Origin: Mytilus edulis
Lineage: Eukaryota
Direction: 5' to 3'
Assembly (NCBI RefSeq): GCF_963676685.1
Contig: NC_092352.1
Coordinates: 23,188,001 to 23,252,000 of the forward strand
Length of the DNA stretch: 64,000 bases
The notes under the pieces are model-generated. The model searched no databases and was not told the origin of the DNA. It saw only the letters and a program-made list of their open reading frames with translations. Position 1 is the stretch's first letter, and the number at the start of each line of letters is the position of its first letter. Below, in pieces: positions 28,501-43,500 of the stretch. Position numbers and translations under genes: made by a program.

Positions 28501-31500
28501 GAGGCAGTTCCAGTAACTAAAATTACATTTGTATATTATGCATGATGAAAAATGCAAAACTTCCAGAAACTTACATTTGCTTTTGCAGGTATGATCTTTG
28601 TTGAGAAAGGTACAGTTTCTTTTTCTGCTGAGACCATGCCTACAATTTCCTGGTTTTCTGTGAATTCCAGTTTACTGATACCTTCAAAACATTTTTTCAA
28701 ATGAGGCTGCACACGCATTGGATCTTTTGTCTCAGACAAGATTTCTAATAACTCATCGTTTGACAAGAAGAAAAATCTGAAAGACAAAGAAGACATTATC
28801 TGATAAATCAATTCAACTTATTTATAAAGAAGAAAATCCAATCCTACTTCTAAAATTGTCTCCTACAAGATTTATAAAGTTTCTTACATGTGATCATTAA
28901 GAAAAGCTGATCAATAGACTTGGTATGTTGCTCATCAAATAATTATGTAGTGTAGTGTATTGTAAATTCAGAAATTATTGCAATGTTTTTATTATTGCGA
29001 AAAATGCAACAGGGTTATAATCACAATAATTTAAAATCACATTTTGATTTTTTTTTATATGAATTAAACAGGATTTTTCTCACTATAGCAAAAAATAAAG
29101 TTGCCAAAATCGCAATAATAAATGCACACATTAATTTCTGAATTTACAGTAATCAGTTGACCTATAATCAGTTGACCAAAAAATACCTCTAGTTCTAAGA
29201 TCACAAGAGACTAAGAAAAATGGGTACAACTGGTGTTCTCCAACAGATTTTAAAATTCATATATATTATTACTTTTAGTTTCAAATACTGTTATACAAGA
29301 TTTTAAATGTCATAGATAAAGGAAGATGTAGTATGAGTGCCAATGAAACAACTCTCCATCCAAGTCACATTCTATAAAAGTAAACCATTATAGGTCAAGG
29401 TACGGTCTTCAACACTAGTATACATATACATAAAATACAGTAGCTTATATTCAGTTTTTTTCTGACCATACAAAAACACCCAGGTTATCTTACCTTGGAA
29501 AGTACAATCTCTTTTTCTCTAGATATGCATTCAATCCTTTCTGGATTTCATCTAACAGGTTGTTAGCATCTCTCAGACGTCCCAACATGTTATTCTGAGA
29601 TGTAGCTACCAGACAGTTAGGATCTTTGATGGCCTCAGTCATGATGTCTCTCCATACACTGTCTACAATGCCAAACTTACGACCCTCTTCAGGCATCTGA
29701 GCTAAAATGTCCTCTGAACTGAAGATAGGTTCCAAATACAACCATGTGGCTTGACACTGTAATATCATACAATTAATGTTATGGCTATCTTGTCTTCATA
29801 TAAAGGTTATTTCAGAAATTACACTATCATTATATAGGTTAGCTATCATGAGGAAATAAATATTTTTTAAAGATTTCGATTACTATTGATTCATTTATTT
29901 TCCTGGCTATCTATTTTAGTGGACTAAAGAAGAAAAAAATATTTACATAGATATTTGTATACAAAAGTCTGCATACAAGATTACAGAAAATATGTTCTTA
30001 GCTAAACAGTTAACTTGTGGTTCAACTGTACCCATGAAATCCACAAAAAAAATGGTATTCTTGGAATAATAATGAATTCATAGTATAAGTTAAGTGTTTC
30101 TTTTGTCACATCTGAAACTAAATCAGTACCATAAAACTATAAGCATTAACATATGTATATAAACATATCTATCAAAACTTAAAAAGGAAGTTTTAAAGGA
30201 AGTCAAGTTTGAACTGAGTTCTCATCTTTACCTTGAGCCATTCATCCAGGATGTCTTGCATCAGTACCAACTTTTCTTCCCACTCTTTCATCTCAACTTC
30301 AAATGGTTTAATGAATGGAGAACCTCTCATGGTCTGAGCTTTCACAACATGATCATCTAACAGTACTTGAATGTCATCTGGTGCAGCCATAATACTGATT
30401 CCCTGAAAATGAAATAATTAGGCCTCAGTATGTCATTGCTGATATAAATTTGTCTTAAAAAATAATTTCATTCCTTTTGATTTTAACCATTTGTTATGCT
30501 TTCCTTTACCCTGTCAATTCTTTTCCAAAAGGGACAATGACTTAAAAATATTATCAAATGTTTGACGTTCTATGTTTGAAAAATGTTCAGACTATAGATA
30601 ATGTGATTTACTGTTTCTCTGTATGGAATCAACTCAAAGGCCATGTCTTTCCATTCAATCTTCATCTTCTCCAAAGCTTTTTCTAGAGAGAACTCCTTTG
30701 CTGCAGATGCTCCTATGTCTTCCAATCTGAAAATAACCAGTTCTTAGTTAAGATCTTTACTTCAAAATTTCATTTACTCATATCTTTAAGTGAAGATATG
30801 TGTATCAACATTGTTCATGGTGGTTATATTTGTCTAGTAACTCCATTGTAATTGTTTCAATATTTTGCAAGTAAAAAGATCTTCAGCACTATTTACCAAT
30901 CATCAAACTTTCTATGTGTTCTTAACATTTGATTTATTGAGTTTTCTTCAGTTCGTTGCCTAACATAAAGAACATGGGGTGATTTAAGATGTTTTCATTC
31001 TGTTTTTCCTGTATTTCGCATAATTCCTCAATTACATTTTATCTTTCTGAATCTTTATCTTTGAATTTTCATAACCTATATGACACATGATGTTAATACT
31101 TACTGTGCCAGGAATTTAGTGAGACCAAACTCTAACATATTACTGAGTGAAGTTCCATCAACTGGTCTGATATCTGTCCCAACTATTTCACTCATCTGTC
31201 AAAAAATTTCAATACATAAGTTAGGCCATTTAATAATGCGTCATAATATATGGAGGAGCTAATATAATTCTTACTCACATTCAAATCTTTCATTGCATTT
31301 CATTCATACAGTGAATAAAGGTTGAGGCAAACTAATTTATTAAAGGACTAAAGTTCCAACTACTAAAGATGTTGATTATGACAAAATGTCAATGGTAGAT
31401 TACTTGTTATTGCTTTGAGTCACAAAAAACTTTTTCAACTCCTTTATAAAATATTGATCAAATCATCCAATTTGTATGGCCACTTTTTACCACTAAAAAC

Positions 31501-34500
31501 ATGTTGATAAATCGACAAATAGCATTCATCTCTGTCATGCAGATGCTTAATTAATTTGGCCCTAAATTTGGACAGACAAACAAACGATGCACCCTTTTTC
31601 CTTTACTAATGAAAAAGGCACTGAGGGCATCCAATTAAGGAAATATATCATTAGTAATTAATAAATTGATAAACTAAACCCACCCTCTGCCAATGTCTCT
31701 CCCTAATTCCAGGGTTACAGATTGTGGATAATATTGGTAGATGTTGTTTAAACTTGTCAATTTTCCCTCTGACATTATCAGCTATTCTACGTGGTCCAGC
31801 TTGATCATTGAATGTCTTTGTTAACTTGTACATCTGTCTCCACATGTCTCCAACATCATTCTCTATTTCTTCAGCATTCAAATCCTGGAATGCTCCTGAA
31901 ACATATTTAATTCATAAAATTTTACATTTTACAAAATCAGATAAAAACAAAACAAAACACAACATGCTATTTACCTGTGTCATTAAAATAATAAACCATC
32001 CTTATTTCAAACTATTTATGATCAATTGCAACTTGGTCAAGATATTTATACATTATTTTAACACAACAATGCTTACGCAAAGTGTGGGGTCAAGGTTCAA
32101 TCCTGTCAGGTTGAACCAAACACTTGAAAATTTGTTCCAACTTCTTTTCCACTATCTAAGGCATGCAGTATTAAGAATATGATCAAATATAAAAAAGAAG
32201 ATGTGGTATGATTGCCAATGAGACAACTATCCACAAAAGACCAAAATTAACAACTATAGGTCACCATACAGCCTTCAACAATGAGCAAAGCCTATACCGC
32301 ATAGTCAGCTATAAAAAGCCCCGATAAGACAATGTAAAACAATTCAAACGAGAAAACTAACGGCCTTATTTATACAAAGACTTGTTTACTATAGTCAGAA
32401 TAATGTGTCAGCTCAACACATTTCTTCCTATAGACTTTAACTTTGTGTACAAGCATATTAAAATTAAGGTAAAGCATGTCCATCTAGTACAAAGCAGGAG
32501 TTATTCCATAGTTTTCTAAATGGTACTTTATGTTATGACAACTTGCCATTAAGCCATTTCTCATGTTTCTGGTGGAAGGAATAAGCAGTATTCCATATTT
32601 TTTTTTTTATGGTTCTCAACAGTTTTTATATTGTTCTTAATGTTCTAACAACCTACCATTAAGCCATTTCTCATGTTTCTGGTGGAAGGAATAAGCAGTA
32701 TTCCATAATTTTTTTTTTTTATGGTTCTCAACAGTTTTTATATTGTTCTTAATGTTCTAACAACCTACCATTAAGCCATTTCTCATGTTTCTGGTGGAAG
32801 GAATAAGCAGTATTCCATATTTTTTTTTTTTTATGGTTCTCAACAGTTTTTATATTGTTCTTAATGTTCTAACAACCTACCATTAAGCCATTTCTCATGT
32901 TTCTGGTGGAAGGAATAAGCAGTATTCCATAATTTTTTTTATGGTTCTCAACAGTTTTTATATTGTTCTTAATGTTCTAACAACCTACCATTAAGCCATT
33001 TCTCATGTTTCTGGTGGAAGGAATAAGCAGTATTCCATAATTTTTTTTATGGTTCTCAACAGTTTTTATATTGTTCTTAATGTTCTAACAACTTACCATT
33101 AAGCCATTTCTCATGTTTCTGGTGGAAGGAATAAGCAGTATTCCATAGTTTTTCATATGGTTCTTTCATGGTGAACATCTGCTGTAACTGAGGGAAGAAA
33201 CTTTGTTCCCATTCTAGTAATGTCTCCTCATCATTGATACCCTCTAGTTCATCACGTGCTGCTACTAAGTTTGTATCTAGTGTAGCCAACTGTTCAGTGT
33301 TGTTTCTCATGGCATCTTCACTCAGGAACTAAAAAATAGGTAAGTATATTAATTTAATTGAACTACAATCTGCATCTGAGTAAGGTTAAACATTTCACAG
33401 GGTTTAATAATATACCCTTAAAAATTTCTCATATACAGATTCAAATGTTAACATCAGGTCATGAGAAATCCATTCAAATATTGCAATATTTATCTAAAAT
33501 ATTTGTATTGCACGGGTTTACTTTTATGAAACAACAGTATATTGAGTATAATTGTGAAATTAAGTAAAATCTAGCATATAGCAATTAACATCACCAGTAG
33601 TATTACCCTGTTCACACAATCTTTACAAATTCAACCAGATGCTATTTGAACAAATTTCATTCACTCTTGTCTATTAAAAAGTCAAACTTACTTCTTTCTT
33701 CTTGAAAGATTCCACTTCTTTCATCATATCATTCAATTTCTCCTCAAACTTGGCAACCCTGCTCTTAAGCTCATCTTCAATGGAATCTCTCTTACTAAGG
33801 ATAATCTTCTGAGCTATCTCAAACACATTCTTAATATGATCTGGCCAGTGGAATACATGTGTGTTCAACTTCTGGTCTTCAGCTGTTAAAAGATATTTAA
33901 GTTGTTACATATAGCATCAATTAGTTTTTTTTTCTACTACCATCTTTTAGCTCTATATGATTATGAATTATTAAGCTAACAAAAAATATTTTAAAAATTT
34001 ATCATACCTTGTCAAAATAACATTAAGTTAAACAAAGATTGGAAATCTGTATCATTATACAAACATGTTTCTTTTGTAATAACAAGTATGCTTTTTTTAC
34101 ATAAATAAGGTCATTAGTTTTCTTGTTTGAATTGTTTTACATTGTCATTTTGGGGTCTTTTTATAACTATGCGGTATGGGCTTTGCTCATTGTTGAAGGC
34201 CGTAGGGTGACCTATAGTTGATAATTTCTGTGTCATTTTGGTCTCTTGTGGAGAGTTGTCTCATTTGCAATCATACCACATCTTCTTTTTTTATATGTTA
34301 TATTTCTCTCCTATTTTGGAAGACATATAGATTACTTCAGAAATGAAGTATCAAGTCCAAATGACCTTAAGAGGAAGATAACTTACTTGGATAGATAGCA
34401 TAATCCAACAGAAACATGAGCCGATCCTTGGCATCCTCTATATCATCTTTTAGTTTATACACTGTCACCTCCTGGGACTAAAAGGGTAAATAAAATAAAC

Positions 34501-37500
34501 ATAAGCTAAAAACAACGAAACATCTTATTACTTAGCAATACTAGACTAGAAAGTTTCAAAAAGTGTTCACTTGCTCAATAACCTTTAAATTGTAATACTA
34601 GTTTTTGACTTTAAATAAAATTATCAAATAATTTGTAAGGGTTCCGCGGAACCCAGTGTCTTGCTTACCTTATGAATCTTATAAATGTTTTAAGATTTTT
34701 AACTGCAGACTGTATGTTATGTTAACTGATACAAAGACTAAGTCGATTTATAATTAAAATTCGGATAAACAGGATTTTTTTTTTCACAAAATTATTTCTG
34801 GATACTATCTTATAATGATAAACAAGCTTCTGTTCAAGTTTGGTAGAAATCCAGGATAGTTTAAGAAAGTTATTAAAGTTTTAATAATTTAACCACAGAG
34901 TGAATATTTGTGGGCGCCGACGCCGATGAGAGAATTAAGGATCACTATGTCTTGCTTTTTTGACAAAAGTCGAAGGCTCAACAAAAAGAGGAACACATCA
35001 TCTAAGTTTATACTTTCTTAAAGCAATGTGATGATAAGGTTTTACTTACTGTTTTCAAGTATTCCTGTATTTCCACAAGTTCTTGTGTTGTTTTGGGTGT
35101 TTCATTTACTTTATCTGCCATTTTGTCATATTTCTCACACAAACTAAAATAAAAGATACGTCATATACTGATTGATTGATTTTTGTTCAATATCCTTTCC
35201 AAAATATTTCATCCTACAGCTATTATTAACCTACAAGTGAATTGGTACTTATCTTGCATTTTATAGGGGGTTCTAGTGCTAATATTATAAAATTCTTTTT
35301 AAAAATTATAAGATCGAAACCGAAAAAGTTAAAACTGTCTCAACTCTTTTATTTAAAAATAAATACATACGCTCTGTTCATGTCTCTGTTATCATCAATT
35401 TGTCTGGTGACCAGTTTATCCTTCAGTCTTTCTGCTCTACCACACAAATCATCATTCAATGCTACACAGTCCAAACAGAACATACTCAGTGGAACAGTTA
35501 TCCTCAATAAAGCTATTTCTTCTCTTAGTTTGTTAAAGGCTATGATTTTCTGTAACACAAATTATTAATGTATTTGTAAACTGCTTACAAAAGTATTTAA
35601 TTTTCAATCTTTTTATTCCAATTTAATAGATTCAGTGATTTTATTGAAAGAAAATATAGACAGATATATAATATTATATCATATTATGATTTAGAGATAT
35701 AAGAAAAAATCTCACATTTCCAATGGGTCAAATTTTTACAAAATTATTACCAAAAACTCAAAATAACGACTAATCATGAAAAAACCTGTCTGTAAGTTCT
35801 GATCAAGTGATTTTCCTTGAGGAAATTGGCATACAAAAAAATCCTTTTATAAGTCTTAAGCAAAGTTTTATATCATTGATATGAAACATACCTGTTTATA
35901 AGCTTCAATTGAGTGATCTTCTCTGAGGAAGGCAGCAACTTCCTGCTCAGCCTCATTGTTGAGTAAGTTAGCATACTTCTTGTATGTGTTCAAATACCTA
36001 GAAATGCACAAAATGTTTTCATGTCATAATCAACAAGTAAAAAAACCTTACACAGCAGTATGTACCAAAAACCATTAGGTTAAACCTGTGAAATGTAAAC
36101 ATTCTGTGAATTAGTTTGAGTTTTTTGTTCATTTAATAGTCAAAGCTCTTATACATAGTGTTTGAAATTTTCAATTAGTTGTATAATTAAGCTTAAAAGT
36201 TCTTGGCAACAATACTGTCCATTAAATATACTATAGAAATGTTGACTTACTTCTGTGGTCCCACAGTGTTATTTTTGAATATATCCATAGCTTTGTCTAC
36301 ATATTCTACAACTAAAGATTCCTCAATCTTGACAGTTCTCAACAGTAACTTCTTACTTCTCATGTCTGGAAACAACTCACATTCAACCTATAATATTACA
36401 TGTAAAAGTTTAAAAATATGAAATAAAAGTCAATATTGTAAATTATAATTGTAAATTAAAATTTCTCTGCCCAAAAATTTGTATGACAATAATTTCAAAC
36501 TTTGTTGATCTTTTATAATCAGTTTCATAACAGCATGGACAAGATCATTTTCTTGGCACGCTCATGATTATCATTTGACTGGGTCAGATTAGGTAAACGT
36601 CATCTGAATTGCCCATTTGTCATATCGTACATGTTATAGACATTTAAACTAAGGGGTCTCCAAAAAACAAATAATACTAATAACTAGCAGAGGACTAAAC
36701 CTTGTGTGTTGATTCAAATGTTGAATAATTAAATTTTCTTTTTATCTTCTGTATGTAATTAACTCTTTTATTCTATTTAAATCCCCATTAGAAAAAACTC
36801 TGACAGACTGAATGAGCGTAAAATCATGGTTATTAATAGCTGATGACAAAAAAGATAAAGGTATATGATCAGGATTATTACCAACATAAGTATTGTGGTT
36901 GTACACGCTGTTATGCAAATAATTTTATGTATAAAGTCTCTACAGTGTCATATCGTGTTTGCTTCATCAAACATTTGTCCTTAAACATTTTTACCAGAAA
37001 CACGTGTTCATTCACAATGATAGTTTACAGAGTAACTAGATCAAGTCAGTGCTTACCCTCGTTAATCCGTCCCCACTAGCCACAATCTCAGAGAAACATC
37101 TAAGTATAATGTCTCTTATTTCTTTGAAAGCAGGATCAAAAATAATCTTAGGTTCTTCAATTTTTAATTTAATTATCATCATTGATGTCTCTAAGTATTT
37201 CAGTTCATCAAATGGTTCTTCAAAATCATTTCCTTCCTAAAATATAATAGAACCAAAATGTAATCCTACAGGCTATAAAATTTTATATATAGAGAAATCT
37301 ACAAATGTTAACTAAAATTTATATTACTTATCTCATTTTCATTTACCAATTCTATTAAAAAGAAAGGAAAGGAAAAAAAAAAGAGGAAATTTTGTTGTTC
37401 AGCAATAATTGAATATCAATCCGATAGGTTATGAGAAGACATCATTTTTCTTGTGACAGTAAAGATCAGACAATAGAAACTTTGTGGATAACATGGCTGG

Positions 37501-40500
37501 AGACTTTTGTTAAAATTGCATTACCACCTGATAGGACTAAGAAAAGTTTTTTTCTGTGTATATTTTAGCTGAAGACAAGCTTAAATTTGGTCTTATCAAT
37601 GAACACTAATGATCATCTTTAAACACTTTATTATAAACATTTTTATATTTTTTTTAGAGCTCTGTTAAAAATTACCTAAAATGGAATAATAGAAACAGCT
37701 ATATAACCAAAGTTGTATTCTATGGTGATAAATTTATCAAATATCCTTACTTTATGAGTTGCAAAGAATTTGAGGAAGTCAGCGAGAGAATTGATGACCA
37801 TTCCTCTCAGTTGTATAGACATCAGACCTGCAACACAGGCAAAGAATTCCTCAACAAGTTCTGTGTTGTCATCATCATCTGGAGGCACAAGGTCTTCCCA
37901 TAATTCATTGTGTTCAACAAATAACTTGGCACAGTTTGGAATCCAGCTAAAAAAGTGGGAAAAGAGTTTAGCAAAGTCAAAGTTTTCATTTTTTTAACAG
38001 AAATCAAATAAATGTTTAATGCATTTTTTGTACTTATCTATAAAATAAAAAAAAAACAGTTAGACTTGGCTTTTCCTTTTTGTATATTTATATATATATA
38101 TATATAAAAAGATTTGGGGTAAACCATTTATAAGACTGCTATCAGAAAATACATAGTACTTCACAATGTATATCTAGATAAAACCATAATGATAATAAAT
38201 GATTATATAATATGTATTGGTGGTAAAATCGTAAATAATTAATTAAGGTGGTATGGGTGTCTTCCTCCATCTTGGATTGTAAAAAACAGAGAATCAAAGG
38301 TCCAGATTTTCCATCAAGTTAGCAAAATTTGATGCAGGAATGCAGATGTTTAATGTACATTTTCATTTAAAAGTACCAATTTATAAGAATATAACTTCTA
38401 AATATTGATATTTTTGCAAATGTTAATTATTTTTGGTTGGTTTTTTTTTTTTTTTTTTTTAAATTGGCATTTTAAGGGGAGGTAACTTTAAAAAAGTGCA
38501 TTTTCTGAAGGATTCTGTATGGAATTTTCCTATTTTGTATTTTAGCCGGAAAAAACTTACGGTGACCCTATCTTTTCTTTCGATATTCTCAAAGCAGTGT
38601 CTGAAAGCTATCTTTTCCTGAAGTATTTAACAATTCTATCATTTTGTTTAGTTTCTAATCACAAAATGGTGTTTTTTCCTGTATAATCCATACAAAATGT
38701 GTCATTTTGTCCCGTCCTGTAGCTTGAGAAAATGCGCGGTGACCTATCATTTTTATTATATTTTTCAACATGTATCAATAGATACAACGTTTTGGCAAAG
38801 TATGAACAAATTCTATCATTTTTATTTTAGACTCCCATACCACCTTAAACACAAGTTTTTTCTAAGATAAATACTATCCTACCTTTTTCTCAGAACTTCA
38901 TGTGCTTCCCAACATTGTTTCTTAACCAAAGATTCAAACTCTGAGGGTAATAAAGGTAAATCTGCTTCATTTAGTTCTTTCAGGTTTACAAATCTCAATT
39001 CATTAAATCTGTAAAAAGTCAAATGGTTGTTAAAACAGGATAATGAATTAGTTAATGGATTAGTCATTTTTATTTCTAACATCCAGTTCGAAAAAATTTG
39101 AATTTATAGTACAAAATGTACCTTCATATAATAACAAATGATAGATTAATTTTTAATATAAGCTTAACTGTAACTATTTTCTTCCTTACTTTCCACTTGA
39201 TGATCAGATAAATCACAGGAATTTCAGTTTCTAGTTCAATTCCATGTTTGTTTGCATTAAAATATAAAGAATTACATCAGCTTTTCTTTTATACAATAAC
39301 AATCTCAACATAAACCAACAAATAGTGACTCCTTAACTCTTTCATGAATGCTTAGGCTACAGTACATCAATAGTCAGACTATCCTAAATATGTCTACATA
39401 GAAAATAATGAACTTAAAAATCAAACAAAAACTTACTCATCAAACCAAATATCCTGCAGTTTTAACATTATTGGATTTGTGATAAACAGATGGATCCTGT
39501 TCGTGTCTTTCATGTTTCTATAGCTATCATGCCATGGAACTGGAGCTCTAATGACTCTATGAATATAATAAAGAAACATTCAATACAAAGATTTGTGTTT
39601 ACATAATTTGCTTTGTACATCCATCTAAAATTTCATTATAGATTAAAAATACACAAAAGTTATCTTAAAAATGAAATTAACTTAATCCGCTAAAAGTGAA
39701 ATACATTTAGACTAACTTTATTTTTATCATAAAAAGGGGAAAGTTTGATCAGAATAAACCCCTATAATATATCTTATCCTGCATCAGGTCAATTCAATAC
39801 ATTTGTCATTTTAAGAAACTTTTACAGTATGAGTATTTCTCATTGTTGACCTGGATAGTTATCTAATTGGCATCCATACCACATCTTATTATTTTTATAT
39901 CTCAAACAAACACATCTTATGAATAAGCACGAAAAAAACTTTCAAATCATAAATATTTAGCCAAAACATCCTATACTTTATTTACCTGTGAGGGAAAGGC
40001 TTTGGTGTCCATGCAATGTGCAGTCTTTCTTTTTCTGTTGGATCTTTTAAAATGTAGTCAACTGAAATTATCAATAATTCTTATTTGAAATAAATGCAAA
40101 ACACAACATTAAAGTGACACAGGCTTCAAGGCTTCCTGTTCGTAATATACTGCAATAGATCCAGTATACCGAAAGAATGTACAATGAATTGGTACTAAAT
40201 AAAAGTTCATTTCTAGTGTACATAAGAACCAAACATATTTGAAATTGTGTTCATAAGAAGGCTGCAAATATTTACTTTTGTATATCAGATGCATGCATTC
40301 GGGTGTATCATGAAATAGACAAATCAAGTGTTCCTGGGAGAAAGCTTTCTATATAACTCTAAGGTTTTGGATTACCTTTAACGCAAATTCAGTATAAAGT
40401 TTTTATTTCCAGTATTCCACAGAAAATATAAAAATAATTTCAAACATGATTTCTATATGGTCAAATAATTAATGATAACAAAATTAACAATAATTTTACC

Positions 40501-43500
40501 AATGGTTTTCCTCAAACTGAACTCATAATCCTTCTGCACTTCCTCTGTCAGGTCTCGTACCATAGGTGTTAGGGAGGTACTAGATAAGAGTGGTGGAGGG
40601 ACTAGAGATCTGATATTCTTCATTGTGTCAGGATGAGGCGCAGCTAACATCTGCCTCTTGACACCTTTCTGTATGTAATAGTAATATCTCTGTAAAAAAC
40701 AAAACATTCAAAATAAAGTCTTGTGTATGCAATGGTAATATCTCTATAAAAAAACAAAAAACTCATTACAAAAATAGAAGTATTAATATATATTTTATTT
40801 CAATCTTTATACTATATTGTCACAGAAATCAAATGTAAGTAACTTGTTTTGTTTCCTTTCAAAAACAGGGCATTTTTTTATTTATTGAACTAGGTCTTAT
40901 AAAATGATAGTGAACAGATCTAAATCTGTTAAAAACATTTAAAAAATTCTGGACAATAGAAATGATAATATTATGTATAATTAAAACTTACTTCCTCGTC
41001 TCTGCTAGAGGGTTCTCCTGTTTCTGTTATTTCATGATCCTCAAAAGCTCTCATTATGTCTAGTTGTTCATTAGGTGTGAATGGTCTACTAGGTGGTATC
41101 TCTGTTCCAATGTCTGGTAACACATCATGGCCATTCACTCCATTTGTTCCATTAACACCATTGGCAGTCCTATAATCCAAACAATATCATAGCATTTATA
41201 TTGAGAAAAGGTTAACAAAATGTACATTAGGCCATCTAAAAAAGTGGTCTCATACTGATAAATTATGTGCATTTCCAAGAACAATTAGAATTTAATTTTT
41301 TAAATGATATCATCTATAGTAATTTTACATTACTTTATTTTAATACAAAAATGTTTGCTGAAAATACTGCTTTTTGTTATAAACTTATATACCAACAATT
41401 AAGCTGGGTAAAAAAATTGTGAACAGAATAGTTTTCACAACTTTGGATGGTTCTTATATGAAAAAAAACTTACCCATTAAATGTAGGACTTCTTGGTGAT
41501 TTTCTTGGACTTTTCTTTTTTAATACTGAAAATTTATAATAGAAAATACTTCATTATCAAATGAATTCATAGCAGTTCTCTTTCAACTCTACCAAACCCC
41601 CTTGTTTAGAACATAAGTATCTTTGTATGAATGATGCAGGAGATTGTTCTTTAAAGTCTTTTTTTTTAACACAAAATTTTGCTTTTACTTAAAATATCAA
41701 GGCAAATGTTAAAAATATATATCTGATTTAGATAGGTAAATTTTGGATTCTTAATACAAAAATCTCACGATTATATAATTCTCCTGTATTCTGAATAGGT
41801 TTTTTTGAAATTATCTCTAAGCACAGCACACAAAACAAGCACTTGCTACCACCACCTTTCAAAACTCTTCAATAATATACTAGGGATTAAGCAATCTAAC
41901 TGAATACAATATTTCCCTCTTTATAAGCTTTAAATAAAGTACTACTATTTAAAATAGCCATACATTGAATTATATAAATCTTCCTTCCATCAGTATTTTT
42001 TTTAATCTAAACAAATAATAACAATACAATTTATGTGAAAATAAAATGCTTTTTTTATAAAATGCCCTCTGGTGGAAGTTTAGTAAAAACACAGTTCCTC
42101 TCGATAGAGGAAACAAAAGTTGTAAATAAGATGTTCAACGTTTTCCAATCAGAGACAATTTCATTCATATATAGCAAATAAACACAATAGCTACTACACC
42201 ACACGCTTCACACAACTATATCTACATTTTACCATCATCAATAGGTGGCAGTTCTTTCTTGGTATAAATACCAGAATAAATCTGATCTTCCAGGTCTGAA
42301 ATCCAGTCAATTCAGTTAAAACATCTCAATTAATTTTTAGTACAGTAGTAGGTCAAATGTTAATTATAGAAAATCATTAATGATAATTCCATACCTTAAG
42401 ATTCAGGAACCTTTTATCTCATTATATCTGCTACATAGTATATCTTATATTATTTTCATATAAAGTTAAATTATACACAATTAATTTCTAATCTCATGAT
42501 CAATAAACTTACATTTTGTTTTTTGTCTTTGCAGTTTGGGAAGATCTTTCATCTTTAAATCACATGCTGACGGGGTATAATTATTAGCAATTGATTCACT
42601 TGGTGTCCGATGATATCGCTCTTCTTTGAATGGAGCAGCTAGAGTCCATGAGGTACCCTTCATTATCGGTGGATGCTCACTGTTCCGCAAAACAATCTAT
42701 ACACAAGAAAGAAACAATGACTGTTAATAACAGAATTCCAACTTGGGTGAAAAGAATAGACAAATACTCATGCATTATAAATGCAAAGTGTCAAATTAAT
42801 GTAAAAAGGGTGGATATGTAAAAATGTCTAAACTGTCTCAGCTATGAAAATTTAGGATTTCTACTTATTGAAATCCAAAACATAAGAACACATATGTTTC
42901 ACAGTAATCATGGTAAATCACTGTCTTAAAGGACATATATCAGTAACCATGAATATAGCCATGGAATAAAAACTTGTCAGAGACAAATCTCTTGGCTCCA
43001 TTTAATCAACAAAGTAGATTTCCACGAAAGCAATGCAATAAAAAGAATGTTAATTCATGTTCCCCTTTTATCATTATCATTTTTTTTTTTAAATTAATCA
43101 ACCCTTTATTTTCATTCCCCTTTTCCTACTCAAACATGTTTTTCTTCAAACATTGTCTTAACTCTTAATTATTAAACTGACTCTTTTTTTATTACTTTTT
43201 TGAAAACTTAAAAAGTACATAAGTGAGTCAAATTAATGATAAACCTGCTTTATCTTTTTGCATTTCTCAACCCAGTCATACCACATAATTGGATGTTTCT
43301 ATTGACTTTTAGTGTGTATTTTGCCATATTAATGTAATATTTCCGAAATATGATACCTTGTATAGATCTGATTGTTCTTTGGAATGTGTAGGAAGAGGTG
43401 GCAAGCCAGGTAACCCTCTGGTCTTACTGCAGCTCTGCACTGGAGTTTCAACATACTGAAATTAAAATAATAGTCTAATAAATTCTTTATATATTAAATA

